Shown here: positions 25,643 to 40,453 of the stretch, piece after piece | Layout: every line of letters starts with the position of its first letter | How positions within the stretch are numbered: the first letter of the stretch is position 1 | From: Fimicolochytrium jonesii | Lineage: Eukaryota | Reading direction: 5' to 3' | Length of the DNA stretch: 64,000 nucleotides | Assembly: GCF_025526975.1 (NCBI RefSeq) | Contig: NW_026515689.1 | Location: forward strand, 372,001 to 436,000 | The notes under the pieces: model-generated | Seen by the model: the letters and a program-made list of their open reading frames with translations, nothing else | Told to the model about the DNA's origin: nothing | The model's database searches: none | Program-made: the position numbers and the translations under genes

Positions 25643-26585
25643 ATGTCTGGAAATGCCCAACGAGGAGTCTACGAGAGCAGCGCAGGGGACACCAACTTCC
25701 GCCGGAAATGGGACCGTGAGGAATTGGCAAAACGGGCTGCCGAGCGGGAAAAGAGCTCCGGGAAGGGTCAAAAGGGCAACGAGCGGGGACGGAGGGGTAC
25801 TGCAAGTTTTCGGGAGAGCGTCTGAAACGACCAAGTTGCTCATCACATTACACTTGCAGGTGGCAATGCAGACGATGATGACGAGGATGACGAGCCTGTG
25901 GAGCGGGGCTTGCTGCAAGCAAGGGAAGGCCCCATCGACTTGACGAGTAATCTGAACAAGACGCAGATTGTACAGGCGTCAGGTGCCCAGCAACCGGGCT
26001 TCTACTGTAAAGTCTGCGACTGTACGGTAAAGGACAGTGTCAATTACCTGGACCATATCAACGGGTGGAAACGTGAGTTTCAGGCGTTTTGAAAGGGTGT
26101 GAGACTGGATGGACCAAAGCACTGACGAGTCTCTGATGGTACCGGCGCAGATCAAAAGAACATGGGAATGTCGATGAACGTGGAGCGCAGCACAGTGGAT
26201 CAGGTGAAAGCCAGATTAGAAGCGTTGAAGAGGAAGGCAGCTGTTCCGGAATTAGGTATGTCATCGCAATTAGTGGTCAGCGACAAGCACGATGATACTC
26301 ACTCAGTTGCTTCTCATTTTCAGACTTTGATGCAAGGATAGAAAAGGCGAAAGAAGAGGAGGAGGAGGCGAAGAGGGCAAAGAAAAGGGAGAAGAAGGAG
26401 AAGAAGAAGAAACAAAAGTCGTCCGCAAGCGAGGAACCGGTTGATCCGGATGCGGATATGATGGCTCTGATGGGCTTTGGGTGGGTGGCTTCCTTCCCCT
26501 TCGTCCGTGCGAATTCGGGAGTGACCTTTCTCGCTTTTAACTCATTCTCGCCTACGGCAGTGGATTCGGCACCTCGAAGAAATAA
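25643..26585 (+). CDS. SNU23: U4/U6.U5 tri-snRNP protein Snu23/ZMAT2 (multi-exon)
   Basis: DTNFRRKWDREE, GFYCKVCDCTVKDSVNYLDHING, MGMSMNVERSTVDQVKARL, MALMGF(G)GFGTSKK*. Confidence 0.92.
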
Positions 26586-27008
26586 CTCATAACCAGCTGA
26601 TAGTTCTGGTGCAAATCTGAGAACGCTGGCAACGGCTGACCCTTACGGATTCCGTGCTGCGTTCCTTGCGAGAAGCGCATATCAGGTTCCAAGGCCGCTT
26701 CCTTCGTCCCTTCGCATCGATCCGCTCTGCGACACGTGGAAGCAAAGCGCTAGGCGGACTTGGGCCTTTTGTGTGGAAGGAGGTGGGGCAAGTGCATAGT
26801 GGCAACGCAGGAAATGGGTTATGTATTTCTCCACCCGCTCTATCCGTCGCTCTACATCCACCGACCGGATTCTGCTACGCTAGAGTAACTATGCAGAAAT
26901 AGGGCGCTCATGTACATATATGTATGGGACAGGGGCTACCGGGGGAACTGTATAGTACAGATAGTAGAAATGGATATGCATTGGGAATCAAGGAACTGCC
27001 GTTTATCC

Positions 27009-29385
27009 TCACAGCTCGTCCTTTACATTCTCCTTCCCAGATGACGAGTGGGCACTCTTCTTTGCAAGCTCGCACGCGGCCGGTGAAGTCATTTTGGCAT
27101 CGTATTCACATTTACTCATTTCCACGACGGAGAGCAGCTTCGTTTCCCTGCCGCATTCAACTTGGACCTGAGAGATTGAGATGGGTGAGCTTTCCGTCGC
27201 TATGCATGTAGAATAAGGTAAGGTTGTCGAAACTCACCTGGACTGAACGCTCAGGTCCATTCCAGCACCTCTCGCCGTGGTCGTACATCATATACTTGTA
27301 CTTGTCTGCCGCTGTCTCTTTTCCATCTCGTCGTCCCCACTTTTGGAACGAGCTGAGAGCCAGTTTGTCAGATGCAGGATGACGGAAGTTCCAAAGGTTA
27401 CTGTACTCTACATACCCGAGGCTGGGTCCATGGCCCCCGTTCTTCTGCTTTTGTGACGCTCTGTCTAGCAAGCAGACCTCGTAGGTGTACCTAGAGATGC
27501 AGCGTGTTACCAAAGACCAGCTGCTTTCCAAGTAGCGACCTTCAATATACTCACTCGGAGGTGTCAAGGCTGACGCAATCTTTGAAGATCTTCTCCCATA
27601 CACCGGCGGGTCCAAAATCGGTGTCCCGCAGCTTCTTCTTTTCATCCAGCTGCCCCTGCACATCGCTGATCTCGGACTCCACTTTGGACAACTTGGCAGC
27701 GGCCTTCCCGGCATCATGTGCCAACGCTGTATTGTCTTCGCCTTCGGTCACCTTCTTGACCTGTGTCACAACTTTGCTCCACAGAGACTTGGCGGATTCG
27801 ACAGCCTTTCCAGGCAAACACCGGGTAATCTTCGTGAGAGGGTCTTTGCATTCCTCTTCCGTCGGCTGGTTCGTAGATTTCTCATCATCTATTTCCGCGG
27901 CGTTTGGGAGAGCCGCTATTTCTTCCTTGTTGAAGATTTGTAGGTAATCAGCGTATTTGCGATTCACGCTCTTCACAGCGCTGTCAGCACTTCCGATTTC
28001 GGGTCTGATCGCTTCCAGAGCTGCATAAGCGGCCACCAGCTGGTTCAGTCTTTCCTTGCCTCGCGAGAACTCATCCCGTTTCCTGGAAAGGCTAGCGCGG
28101 CAGCTGTCAAGCTTTGCGCAACACGTGTCCCCTTCAGAATCTTCGGCGTCGGGATCGGTCACCTCAACATCCGGTTCTTCAAGCGCCTTGTACTCTGAGT
28201 ACAAATCAAAGGCTTTCTTGGCTGCATCGTCTTCGGATATGGACTCTTCCGCAAAATTCTCAAACTGCTGGGCAGCTTCCTTGAGGAATTCCAGGCGATT
28301 ATCCAATTTGTCGACAATCTCGGTATGCTGCTCTATCAAAGCCTTGCACGTTTCGATCTTGGGACAGCAGTCGGCGGCTCCACCTCTGCCTTTCTCCCGT
28401 TCGGCGAAGTCTTCAGCTGCCTTCTTCAACTCTGGAAACCCGGTTGGTCAGTATGCTGAAGCCAATCACGTGCAGATACCGCCCCGCATACCCTTCAATT
28501 CATCCACACGCGCGTTGAGGTCCCGCAGCTTGCGCTCCAACTTGGCTATTTCACCTCCTCGACTTGCCGACTGCTGGGCCGCATATTCGGCGTAACCTTT
28601 GGCAATTTTTTCACTCTACGCAGTGAAGGTCAGCGTTTCGAAGCTCGCGGGCCTCCAATCTGATTCATCAACTACCTCTGCTAGTAGTACTCTCTGAGCT
28701 TCAACCTCCTTTCGATGAGCCGCGCCGACTTCCATGCATGTATTGGGGCATTTCACAATTCCGAGATATTCATCGGACCCATCACAACATTCGGGATCTA
28801 CACCACAGCGTGAGCAGACATGACCTCGAAATCCTTGAACGTGAACATTTGTGAACGTTTGCAGACGACGTACCGCAGATTCCGTCGTTGACGCGTGATG
28901 AAGGGATGTCCGCGCCGACGTGACGCTCGTTCTTGCAGTGAAACACCCCGTTCGCGCACGCCGACGTTCCTAGAATAGCGAGGCAGCGGAAAACTCGTCA
29001 ATTCGCCAAACGCACGCAAACCACGAGAGTCATGATCTCGGTCGCAAGTCTACACACCTGGCTCGTCGGTCCCATCGGGGCAGTCGCAATAGTCGTCGTT
29101 CACCGAGGCGAAAAGTATCGACTTTGACCCATCCAGGCACTTGAAAGTATCCGAAGCTTCGGCAGCGGTATATAAGGTTTTCTCTGTTAGGGTAAAATTG
29201 GTTACGCTTACATCCTGGGAAGAAAACCTGGCTATATATGCGGTCAGGAAGGCGTTGAACGTACTTGCTGGGTCTACACCTCTCAGAGCAACTTCGGGCG
29301 TCCAATGGTGATCACCGGAGGATGACTTTGCCCATGCGGCGCTTGCTCCAGCCAGGAGCAAGATTACTGCGGACGGAGACCGCAT
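27009..29385 (-). CDS. GTB1: Glucosidase II beta subunit (PRKCSH/Gtb1), multi-exon
   Basis: Signal peptide, FKCLDGS...[33 protein letters not shown] domain ([17 protein letters not shown]), C-terminal KDEL*. Confidence 0.92.
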
Positions 29386-30259
29386 AGCTTCTCTATACGA
29401 TGGACACAAAGACTATGTATTCCTTCTGCTACTGCAGTCTGAGTTACGCTTGGACGCTGGCCCAAGTTCAGCAAGCGAAATTCCAGTTGCATCATCGTCT
29501 CCGTTAGCGGACGCGTGGTTTATTAGCAGTCACGTGAAAAAAAACTGCCCTCGTCGAATGTGCTTTTTTTCTGTTCCGCCTCGGTCAACGTTTCACCTGT
29601 GATGGATGTTAGCTATCACTGGACATCTGGACATCGGCGGCGCACTGGGCGACGTACTGACAGTGCTGATTACTGTGTTTTGCAGCTTTTGGCAGGCTCG
29701 GACAGGCTAAGGAACTTTACTCCAGTCGCTCAGGTAAGCAGAACGTTATTCCCTCCATCCTCACTTCCCCTAGAGTAGAGCGGGACAGACCCATCATGAA
29801 GGTTGCTGTACTTGATGCAAAAACTCCATCGCATCCTGAGCTCTTATTTTGGCAACCGTCTTGGTTAGTCTTTGAGCGGGGAGGGTAGCAATATAGTCAT
29901 AGTTACACTGATACGTACATATGCACCTTCACGGTTTTACCGCTATCATTGCATATACCGCCTAAAGGACACTAGCTTACTTTGGCGTTGGTTCTCCTTG
30001 GTATTTTAGGCTTGAGCGGTTATTCGTTAGGGACTTGGTAGCTTGGTTTTGCGAGTGGAACAGGTCTATAGAGGTTGTTGGAGGCGTGGGGATGTCTGTG
30101 AAGCGCATCAAGTCGGGGAGGAAGCGCTGGGAGCTTGTCACTCAGTGATGGCTACAGCGGGCAACGAGTTGGTAGTGGCATATCGTGAGAATCTTTATCT
30201 TAAAATCAACTATGTGTATACTGAAATCTTCGGCTACAGGCTACAGTAGCGCCTTGATC

Positions 30260-33200
30260 TCACTTTGACTTCGCACTATGGCTAGTCAACAGATTGGTAC
30301 CTTCCTGAAAACAGAGCCACGCAAATAGGAGGTATGATGCGTGGAAGAGCAGATACGTCTCGGTCGTTCCGTAGCAAAGACCAACCGCTGCAATCAACTT
30401 TACCAGCCATGGTGTGGGTACAATCTGTCGATATCTTTGTCTTTGAATATGAAAGGATGTGCAGGACAATGAGCAGGTTGACAGAGATTCGACAAGCAAA
30501 GCCAAATGGATGCGTACCGGTCTATTCCAAGATAAAGCCACGGGGCCAGCGCTTGTAACCTGTCCATGAAATCCCACGTCCAGATATAGCTCCCACTCAA
30601 GATCGATTTAATGTCGATGACAAGGCTTGGAACGGTGTACAGCTGCAGAATCGCTAATAACAATGTTGTCCAGTGGCCGAGGTTGCTGTGTGTCTGATGT
30701 TGGATGAGAGGGAGTTCAGTGCCTTTCCAACGTGGTCCTTCTTTCAGGTCGACGCGAGAATATCTCTTACGGGTTCGGTTTGGGACCACACGACCAGACT
30801 CAGGAATAAGAGCAGCAGGTAACCGGCGTGAGATGGCAATACCGCGCAGCACACGGCGAGTGAGACCCAAAGGAGCTTCAAACTACATCGAATTCAGGGT
30901 TGGTGTTATGTTTCGCAGCAAAGCGGGAACTGGAATAGCCTGGGAAAACCGTACCCGCCGTTCCAAAACGGTTGGGATCCTCTCCTCCAGCCGTCTGCCG
31001 ATCCGTGCGGCAGCTTCCGCATCAAAAGACCAACCAGGAAGTTTAGTAGGTAAAGAACGGCACTGAGTGTTGTCACAAGCCCGAATGCCATCTGGTATAT
31101 CCCCACGGAAACCGCCGCCGAGTACAGGCTTGGGGCGGCCAAGAACATCTGCCGCACTTGACTTGACCACGCTTCAGGAAGCAGCCAGTTTGCGGCAAAT
31201 GCCTGCGACGCTCCGGCACCGACGAGGAAGAGAGAGGTCCGGAAAAGGGTGCCGTCCATGAGTAGGTGTTTATGGAGTGTGAACATGCCTGTCGGTACCG
31301 TTTAGCCTTGGGTCTGAAAGTGCTGGACAAAGGATGCACCACCACTACTCACCGCCGGTCCCGGTCAGATGTTGCCTCATCTGTATGACTACGACAAGGG
31401 AATATGCAACCAACGTCATCGCATAACGTCCAATCAGCACGCCCACGCTCGATTGCCAATCCGGTGTGATATCGATCCGCAAATTGTCGCATTGCCCGTC
31501 AGTGAAAATTCGCAAGACCAGTGCTCCGGCGTTCACAGAGACTGCACCAGGATGACTATAAGCTGCCAGTAGGGATCCTTCCGCTTTGCCCAGAAATCGC
31601 TCTTCCGATGAATCACCGTCCATTGACTGATGTATGACTGGCCCGAAATGCTGTGAGATGTCGGGCTTGCAGTCTATCGCCCATCGCATTTGATACTTCA
31701 CGAGCGGTTTTGAGATTGCGGGAACCCTTACTTCCGTCAATAGCCTTCGAACGGGAACAGAGAGATGGATCTTACCGAACATGCCTATGTATAACCAATA
31801 TCAGCCGACGAGCGCAAGTGGGAAAGTCTCGATGCATTTACTTACCCGACGAGCGATCTTCGATGGGACCTATGTCGGGCATTTCCGCAAATAAGATATC
31901 TCCTTGCGCCCATTCGCTTACGGACAACAGCAAATATTCTTCTGTCTGCACGGCACTACGGCGCACGCGTGTGAGGTACAGAGTCCGACTTCCTTCAGAA
32001 GAAGGCACTGCTCTCTCCGCGCTAAACGCCAAAGAACGGCATTGATAACCGGCCTCAGCGGAACGGCAGACGTACACCATGATTTCCTTGCCAAGTGCAG
32101 GCTTATCCGTGAGCAGAACGAAACCGCCATCTCCGACCTGCCCAAAATCGAATATGCGTGGGGAGTCGAGTTTCGCGCCTGAATTCAGGAACAATCGCGA
32201 CTTGAACGGAGTCCGTGGAACGTTTGGTGGAATCGCGTTCGCTGTGAGCAAGGATCAGCATTGCGACTCAGAAGTGCATCTTATTGCACAGACCCACCAT
32301 TCCAAGAATCTGGCGCTTCACTGAACCCGCCATCCATGCCGCTCAGAAACGTATTCCGCAAAATCCGCATCCTCTCCTCAAGTGCAGCGACTTTGGAAGC
32401 CTCATCAATCCTTGCGATGTCGTAGAGAGATTGGCCAACTGCCCGAGTAAGCTGGTTGCACCACAAGATGGCTTTATGATCAGCGGGCGTCCATACGTAA
32501 GGAACCGACATCGAGTAGACTGCAAATCCATTCTTCGGAGAGATGAAGGGCGAAATCTCGGTTGTGGCTGAGGATATCATGGTGTCGTGAGTCCCGCCGG
32601 CGATCGAGATTATACTGATGTTGCGTAAAGCTCCATCGGACGAGGAGGTGCCTTCGAACCAAGTGCTCTGAAGCCTACCATACATCGAGGCCATTCGCCA
32701 TTCCAGTGGTGCTGGAGGAGCGAGATGCGGAGTCGCTAACGTTACGATGGCTCGAACGGCACCACCGTTGTAGTTCTCCAGTGTTGGCAGGAGTCTCGCG
32801 ACCATACCACCCATCGAGTGGGCGACGATGATCACAGAGGTTGGATGTGGTAACGGAGTTTGAGAGAGAGTGGGGTATAGAGAGAGGATGAAGGCTAGAG
32901 CCTCGTTGACATATTCTGCTTGATCTGACAGTATCGATTGCTTGAAGGCTGCCAATTCCTCCTGGTTATCAACTAGACGTCAATGTTGTCGTTACGGTGG
33001 ATTCATGGGCTGCTGAAGGCTGGGCACCCTTCTCTTTACCGGCGAAAAAATCAAAGCGAGGAACGAGCGAGTGCCCGGCTGCTGGCGTCTTCTCCAATCG
33101 TTGAAAGTACTGGCTGGCAAGCACGGAGCCTAAAGACCGGGCTTGCTTGTAGCTGCCAGCATTTCCAGGTATGAAAAGAACCGGAATACCTAATGGCTAT

Positions 33201-33501
33201 CGCCCGGCGATAGTTTGAGTATATCCCGGTCCCACCTGCCCCCATCATAGCACCATATCGTCCGAACCTGGTCTCCTGGGTGACGACCGTCCCGTTCCTT
33301 ATAGAGATACAAAGCGTACCTATCCAGCCCCTTCCGACTTGGCCGAAACGAGGACATGTGCACATAGTCCGGCCACATATAGGTCATGGCGCATCCGCCG
33401 ACGTCCCTGCCTCTCCGGAAGAAGGAGTCGAGGGCCACGGCCAAGATGGCCAACGATCCCACCGCATACGCCAACACGCGTAGGAAGCCCCGACTTCGCA
33501 T
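30260..33501 (-). CDS. BST1: GPI inositol-deacylase PGAP1/Bst1 (multi-exon; 3' boundary approximate)
   Basis: [36 protein letters not shown] lipase box, [28 protein letters not shown]-terminal transmembrane segments. Confidence 0.88.
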
Positions 33502-33851
33502 TGCGACTGCACTACACCGCGACTAGGACTACGCTCGTTTATTTTTAGGGCCGAAGGACAAGTATGTCCCTGTTGGTGAAGCTTGCACGGAAAGAGAGGG
33601 TTGTTGGGCCGCGAGACAGGTGTTTGCCTGTCAGCACGGTTCGGACGCCCGTCAAATGTCTGGGGCGCCACCAGCTGGATCTGGACATGCACAAACTCGC
33701 TCTCAAACAGCTCTCCTTCGCCCTACTTGCTCACCTACAGTACAGTACTGCTGCACCTACTGCCAAACATCAGCCCGTCGTCTACATATCCGTCTGTCGC
33801 TCTCTCGCCCCCCTCTCGCCTTCGCTACACCGCTTGTTAGCCGTTCTTTCG

Positions 33852-35929
33852 ATGAGCTCACCGGACCCAACGGAGCCCGACGCAATGGAGACGGACAACG
33901 TCACAACAATGGCGTCTACCCCGCCAGCAGAGTCCTTATGGGACGCCGTAGCAGCTGACGGCGAGGACCCAGAGGCCGACGCAATGCAGTTTCCCGCCGC
34001 AGAAGACCGGCACGTCAGTCCGGTGCCCATACAGCAGTACCTAGCCAGCAATCAGCGCCACCGCTCACTGCGCCTACCCCCTGAAATCCTTACGCACATT
34101 TTGCGTTTCGCATACGCAAACTCACGACGTCAGTTCTTATACAACGCTTTGGTGAACAAGGAGTGGGCGAGCTGTGCTCTACCCGTCCTGTGGGAGAGGA
34201 TCGCTCCGAGAAGGTGTGGGTCGTTCCGCTATGTCCGAATATCAGGTGGTCACGGCTCACAAGCAGAGGTGTTCCTTTCTAGCAATTTTCCACTGCCGCT
34301 TATCGTGCGCTCTCTGGATCGATTGTGGAGAACGTTGTCGAGCCCGAAAACCAGTCACGACTATGCTTCATTTCCGCGGGCGGTAGCAATTCAGTTACAT
34401 CTCAAGAATAACGAATTTGTGCCAAGGAGGCATTTGGAGGAGTTTTCCAGGATAGTTGAGGTATGTATTGTCAACCGTTAACCCTAGATTTGATATCGAA
34501 TGCATGCTCACGCTATTGTCTCGTATCAGCTTGTTCCTGGGATCATCAAATACTTCCCAAATATTCGGGATCTAGGGCTCACTCTACGAGTGGAGGAGGC
34601 GACGATTCCATTACAGGCAACTGTAAGCGTCTTTCTAGAGAGGCTGATAAGGATAACACCGCCAGCGGTGTCCCTATGGCTCAAATTGGCTGGTGTAGCC
34701 ATACTCGACTCACAATGCGCAGCCCTGGCCGAACGGTTTGGAGAAGTCGTCACGGATTTGCATCTCACCAAATGTATGGGATGCACGGCGGCCGGATTGA
34801 AGTACCTTTTGAAGGTTGGCATTTTTTCTCGCGATGCATTTAGCATATGACTGTTCTGCTCACGTCCTATTCTCAGCGCGCACCGAAGTTGCAAAGTCTG
34901 GCACTCTATATACCATCACTTCACGACCAGCTGTTGGGAATAATCGCCGAACACAACAACCAGTTGATGGATCTATGGCTGGATCTGCCAATGGAAGAAG
35001 GGTCACAGACGAATGACATGGAGATTCTACGGAACTTCTGCGACGACCTGCGAGTATTGATGCAGCGCACAAAACGATTGAGACGACTGCGACTGCGCGG
35101 AGTTCCACTGGCGCCTGAGCGCGCACACCAAATGCTTCAAATTGTGAGCGAGGAAGGCCGTGAGCTCCGATCCCTCAGCATCCTGGTATGGCCACCAACG
35201 CCAATGGGGAAAGACATCCGACGCGTCGCCTTCAAAAAACTCACAAAGCTGATCATCTCGAGCAACAACCGCCTTGCCAACGATTTCATCACCGCCGCCG
35301 CTCGCAGTTGTCCTCGGCTCACATATCTCGACGCCGGACGAACGAAGATAGATGACACATGCGTGCAGGAACTCGCCCTCCGATGTCCATCACTGGAGTA
35401 CCTTGACCTCTCCCGCTGCGCACATCCTACCACATCAGGGCTGTCAAGTCTCGCACGGCATGCGAAAAACCTGGAAGAACTAGATGTATCGTTCTGCCCC
35501 AAGATCCTCCGCTCAGAAGACATCGTGCCGTTTTTGCATCTATGCATCGGCTGTAAACGCCTCAAACGCTTCAGCATAGACTACCCGCCCGCCGGTGGGA
35601 TCGTTTTACCCGACCCACCAGCGGACGTCGGCACCGCGTCGGAGGCGGTCCGGCTCCTGTACTCCCGGTTCGGATCCATCAACAACGACGCGGTAGAACG
35701 GAAGCGCGTGCTGAACCTCAACCTCATGCGCGAGTCGTGGATGGCGGCGTGGAGGGCCGATGACCAGCATAACTTGTCCATCGAGGAGGAGGAAACGGTC
35801 CTGCTGGGTGAGGATCTGAGAGGGCACTCGGTGGTGAAGCGGTGGATGGATGAGATAAAGAAGGTTTTGGAGGGGAATCAGGGGGAATCGCTGGCGGTTG
35901 TGGGCGATTTATTGAGTGCTACGCAGTGA
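33852..35929 (+). CDS. F-box/leucine-rich repeat protein (multi-exon)
   Basis: F-box LPPEILTHILRF...ALVNKEWASCALPVLWE; cysteine-containing LRRs (CPRLTYLDAGRTKIDD, CPSLEYLDLSRC, LEELDVSFCPKI). Confidence 0.85.
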
Positions 35930-36175
35930 GCGTGTTTGTGGAGCTCTTAGCCTTTGTCCAGATTATCCAAGTTATACATATCGGCTATCAGCCGCAACCT
36001 TCTTGATGTACATCGTTCGCAGTGTGCTATGGATGCAACTTCGTGTTTCTACTTATCCCTTCTGTCTAACGCTACTCTGTATTGTCACTTCCACCGGTCC
36101 GCCAAGAACTATTACCCCAGCACCTTCGGATTCTCCCTTTCTCGATCGGGGTGTCATTGATTGATGTTCTGCTTC

Positions 36176-37399
36176 CTACCCGTCGGTGTACAGAAGCGTA
36201 TGGCCGTAGCCACAGCCAACGATCCTCACATTCCCTCCACTGTATGGTATTTCCGTCGGCGTATGCACGTCAGTCGTATGTCCCAACCCGCAGTTGCCAT
36301 GTTCATTCCAGCCCCAGATGAAGCATTGCCCGTTCGCGGTCAAGGCCACGGTATGCTCCGCACCACACGCAATCTGCATCACATCTTCTATGGGTGACTG
36401 TGTCGGAGGCTGGTTGTCGTCGATTGTCCCTATACCGAGTTGACCGAAATTATTGCGGCCCCATAGGATCAACCGCTTGCTTTGAGAAACATATCCCGAG
36501 AAATTCCATCCGGAGAACAGCTCCGAACAATCTTTCGCACGATCCTCGTCGAACCGGCAGAACCGACTACTTCGCCGTCGGGATGTGCTACCCTCCTCAG
36601 CGGAGTCACCCGACAGCAGCCCGTCTGCCGGGCCCAGCTGCCCATGCCGATTCCTCCCCTGGCTCAGAATACCACGGTCCTCCTCCGCGAAAACCACATG
36701 GTACTGCCCGCAAGCCACGTCCCGACATGGCGGGAGCACCAGCGGCCGGACATTGAAGACCACATCCAACTCCGCCTCAGCCCGCAATGGCAGCAACTCT
36801 CCGGCTTTGTTGGCACCGCACGCGTACACTTTGCCAGCTTCATCCAGAAAAACCGTAAATCGCATCCCGCACGCAATCCTCACAATCTCGCCGCTGCCCT
36901 CTGGAAGCGGGATCTCCACCGCCTCGTGCGTCTTAGCGACATCAGGCCCTAACCCCAGCTGGCCATACACATTGTTTCCAAACCCCCACACCCTCCCTTC
37001 CGCGTTCAACACAACCGTGTGGTCCCATCCGCAAGCCGCCAGCACCGGTACGCCCCGCTCGTCGCGCGACCAAGGGATGGGCGTAAACACGTGGCGGTCA
37101 CCGCCATCCAGACCTAGTTGCCCGCTTTCATTGTGTCCAGCGGCGAAGAGCTCCCTTGATGAGGTGATGATGATGGTATGGTTAGCGCCGCCGGAGATGG
37201 ATATTGGGTGTGTGAACGCTGGCAGGGCGATCTCGCATTGTGTCGGCGTGTGCACGTCCGTTGTGGAATTGATGCCGAGTTGGCCGTGGGCGTTGGAGCT
37301 GTGGCGAAGAGTTTCGGCGAAATATTCGACGTAAGACTGGTTGGCACGTACCTGTGAATGATGAGTTCTGAGCACTCACCCGCAAGCTAGAAGGGGCAT
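36176..37399 (-). CDS. RCC1-repeat protein (Ats1/SERGEF-like)
   Basis: MPLLACG|SNAHGQLG, GGANHT, GHNESGQLG, ACGWDHT, GRNNFGQLG, WGWNEHGNCG, GCGYGHT. Confidence 0.85.
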
Positions 37400-37681
37400 G
37401 GTAGGCAGCTTTCCGAGGACAAGGGACGTAGCACTATGTATGTATGCTTTACGGTGACCCAAGAGATTGTTGTGAGATGAAGCCTTGGAGACAACAAAAG
37501 TGACATCACTCAGCGAACCCCCACACGCGTTTTCTGCATTAAGACGAAAACTTGGAGATACAGCACACCGGTGAGAAGCGCACGCAGCTACATATACAGC
37601 ATCATGCAAACACCATTCATTTAAGTCCTGACCAGCCAGGAGAACCATGCATAGATACCATAGCCGATGCACCGACCACCC

Positions 37682-38946
37682 TCAACAAAGGGGCTCGAGA
37701 TAGCGAATGACATCTTCTCTCTTCCACGCCCGTGCTGAAGTGGTGATCGGTGGTCAATGCGCTGCTTCCGCGCGGGCAGACGTGGCTACGGCAGGCAACA
37801 CCCATACGTACCTATGTCCAGAGGTGTTCGGCCTCTGAAGTCTTGAATTGTCGGGTTCAGACCAAATCCTTCAGGGACAGGGTCGAACATTTGACGAATC
37901 ACACCGGTGTGTCCCTCACGAGCAGCATAGTGCGCTGGCGTGAATCCTTCCATCGTGTCGTGTTCCACCAACTTCCTCACCGTCTCGGCGCTGCCGCCGG
38001 TTGCATCCATGCGACTGCCACACAAATGCCGCAGAACTTCCACCCGTCCCACCATCGCCGCATAATGCGCGGCCCCCAACCCGCCTTTCGACGTCGCATG
38101 CACATCACATCCATTCTGCACGCACATGTCGATGCACTCCAAGGAGCCCCCAACGGCCGCCGCGTGAAACACCGTCGCGCCTTCCGCATCTTTCAGATCA
38201 CAGACATTGGTGTCCTCGTAAAAGGTCTTGGCGTTCCTTAGCAGCATTTCCAACCCAGCAGCAAACCCGGTACTTGCTGCCATATGCAGTGGAGTTCTAT
38301 CGCATTTGGACTTTGCGATCGAGAGTTCCGGGGCACAGGTGAGAAGGTATTCCAAACATTCCGTAGCCGCGTGATGAGCGGCGATATGAAGAGCTGTCCA
38401 CCCGTCCTTGTTCGCCGGTGTAAGGAGCGCTCCGTGACGAACAAGAAGGCTAAGCGTTGGGAGAAGGTTTTTCCCAGAAGCGATCATGGCGGGTGTCCAG
38501 GTGCCGTGCTTCGTTGTGCGTTATGTGTATATGCATTTGCATTTGCGGATTCAAACAAACTTTTGACAAAGAAATCTGACTTCCTTACTTTGAACCCGTT
38601 CGGATCGGCCCCGCTTTGCAAGAGAAACTCCACGCATTCCTCACTGTCTATTGCTTCATGTAGCGGTCTTCTGCCTAGCAGTAGTGTTTCACATCAGCAG
38701 CTGTACAGTGCACCACCGTCCGTTCCCTAGGCGACCATTACCGAAGGCATTAGCCAAGTTCGGGTTCGCGCTACCTTCGTCTATCAGGCACTTTATAAGG
38801 TCCAGGCGTTGAGCACGAGCGGCGAAATGCAGGGGTCTATCGCCTTTGTCGTTAACGGCAACGTCGACCAGTCCAATTTCACCTGTGGAGGAGAGGATAG
38901 CCCTCACAGCGCTAATGTCGCCTGACGATACGGCCTTTGCAAACAT
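37682..38946 (-). CDS. Ankyrin repeat protein (ANKRD16-like, multi-exon)
   Basis: GDRPLHFAAR, RRPLHEA, NKDGWTALHIAA, RTPLHMAA, GFTPAHYAAREGH, GRTPLDI|ARAW...LC*. Confidence 0.82.
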
Positions 38947-39281
38947 GTGCAGCGTTAAGCCAGCCGGAGGATGACTGCGGATGCTCCCAGGGATGCTCCA
39001 GTCCAGGGTTGGCACAATTCCCCAGACGTGACCGACCAGAGACGTGACGCTCCAAGTTGGTCGCTTTTGTCGCGACAACTTCCCTGACAACTTCCCCTGC
39101 TTCCCCGCCGACGACTTCCCCGGTTTTCGACGTCGAACGGCAGACAGCCTGTTGTCCGCAAACTCTTGTTCCCAACACATAACCGATATAAAAAGTCCAG
39201 CCGCAACCCCTCCTCTTCCGTCGCTGGCCGACCCAGAACCGCTGCACTCATTCATAATTTTGCAAAGAACTCAACACAAAC

Positions 39282-40205
39282 ATGTCAGAACGCAAAGTCC
39301 TCAACAAGTACTTCCCGCCGGACTTCGATCCCAGCAAAATTCCCCGCCGAAAGCTTCCCAAAGACCAGCAGCACAAAGTCCGTCTCATGACGCCCTTCTC
39401 CATGCAATGCACCATCTGCGGCGAATACGTCTACAAAGGAAAAAAGTTCAACGCTAGGAAGGAACGGGTGGACGGGGAGAACTATCTCGGAATTCAGGTC
39501 TTCCGTTTCTACATCCGCTGTCCACGGTGCTCCGGCGAGATTACGTTCAAAACGGACCCAAAGAACGCCGATTACGTCGCTGAACATGGTGCCCAGCGAA
39601 ACTTTGAGCCATGGCGTGACGATGGGGACGCTACGGAGGCGGAGAAAGCCGAGCGGGCTCAGCAGGAGGAGAACAACCCGATGGCTGCGCTTGAGAACCG
39701 GACGCTCGACTCGAAGCGAGAGATGGATATCCTAGACGCTTTGGATGAAATTCGGATGCGGAATGCAAAGAACGAGAGGGTGGATAGCGATGGGGTGTTG
39801 CAGAATATCATTTTGACGGGAATAGAGGAAAGGGAACTGGCAAAGAGGCTGCAGGAGGAGGAGGACGATAGGTTGGCGCAGAGCATATTCCATAGCGCTG
39901 ATGGGCAGAGCGTCAAACGGATCTTGGACGAGGACGAAGAGGAGGCGGAGCTGGAACGGGCGGCAAAAAGGCAGGCACTGCTGAACGAGGGTCAGGACGA
40001 TTTCATTCATGCAGGCCAGAAAAAAAAGACTGCGGCGTCTGAATTTGGGATTGTGGTCAAGGAGAAGCCGGCGCCGTCGATAGGTGTAGTACTGAAGAAG
40101 GCTGAACCTGCAAAACCGAGCCAGGCAGCTGGCCCTCAGGCTCCGTCAGCACTTGCAATACTTGGCGGGGCTTACAGCGATTCGGACGACGAAGATGATT
40201 CGTAG
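39282..40205 (+). CDS. YJU2: Splicing factor Yju2/CCDC94
   Basis: [70 protein letters not shown]; single exon. Confidence 0.96.
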   Translation: MSERKVLNKYFPPDFDPSKIPRRKLPKDQQHKVRLMTPFSMQCTICGEYVYKGKKFNARKERVDGENYLGIQVFRFYIRCPRCSGEITFKTDPKNADYVAEHGAQRNFEPWRDDGDATEAEKAERAQQEENNPMAALENRTLDSKREMDILDALDEIRMRNAKNERVDSDGVLQNIILTGIEERELAKRLQEEEDDRLAQSIFHSADGQSVKRILDEDEEEAELERAAKRQALLNEGQDDFIHAGQKKKTAASEFGIVVKEKPAPSIGVVLKKAEPAKPSQAAGPQAPSALAILGGAYSDSDDEDDS

Positions 40206-40453
40206 GAACGCCGGAAAAGGAATCCAGTTTCAACCCCGTTCTCTTGTATATACACATTAGTTTTTAAGCAAAACAAGAATAACCTAATCTATCCGCAATG
40301 ATTCAGACACTGAGTTACGCCGAATCATGACCCATGTTCCCAGAAAGGACATGTTGGGCGAGCGGTGTTCCCCTCACAGGTTGCACATCCTTGTCGAATA
40401 CCCAAGGCCTTGTCCCAGCTGTACTCGCCAATTCACTGGCGAGGTATGCTCAC

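Noticed and set aside
39073..39121. GACAACTTCCC-like repeats in the ankyrin/YJU2 divergent promoter
   Set aside because: Short degenerate repeats, not distinguishable from slippage without comparative data.
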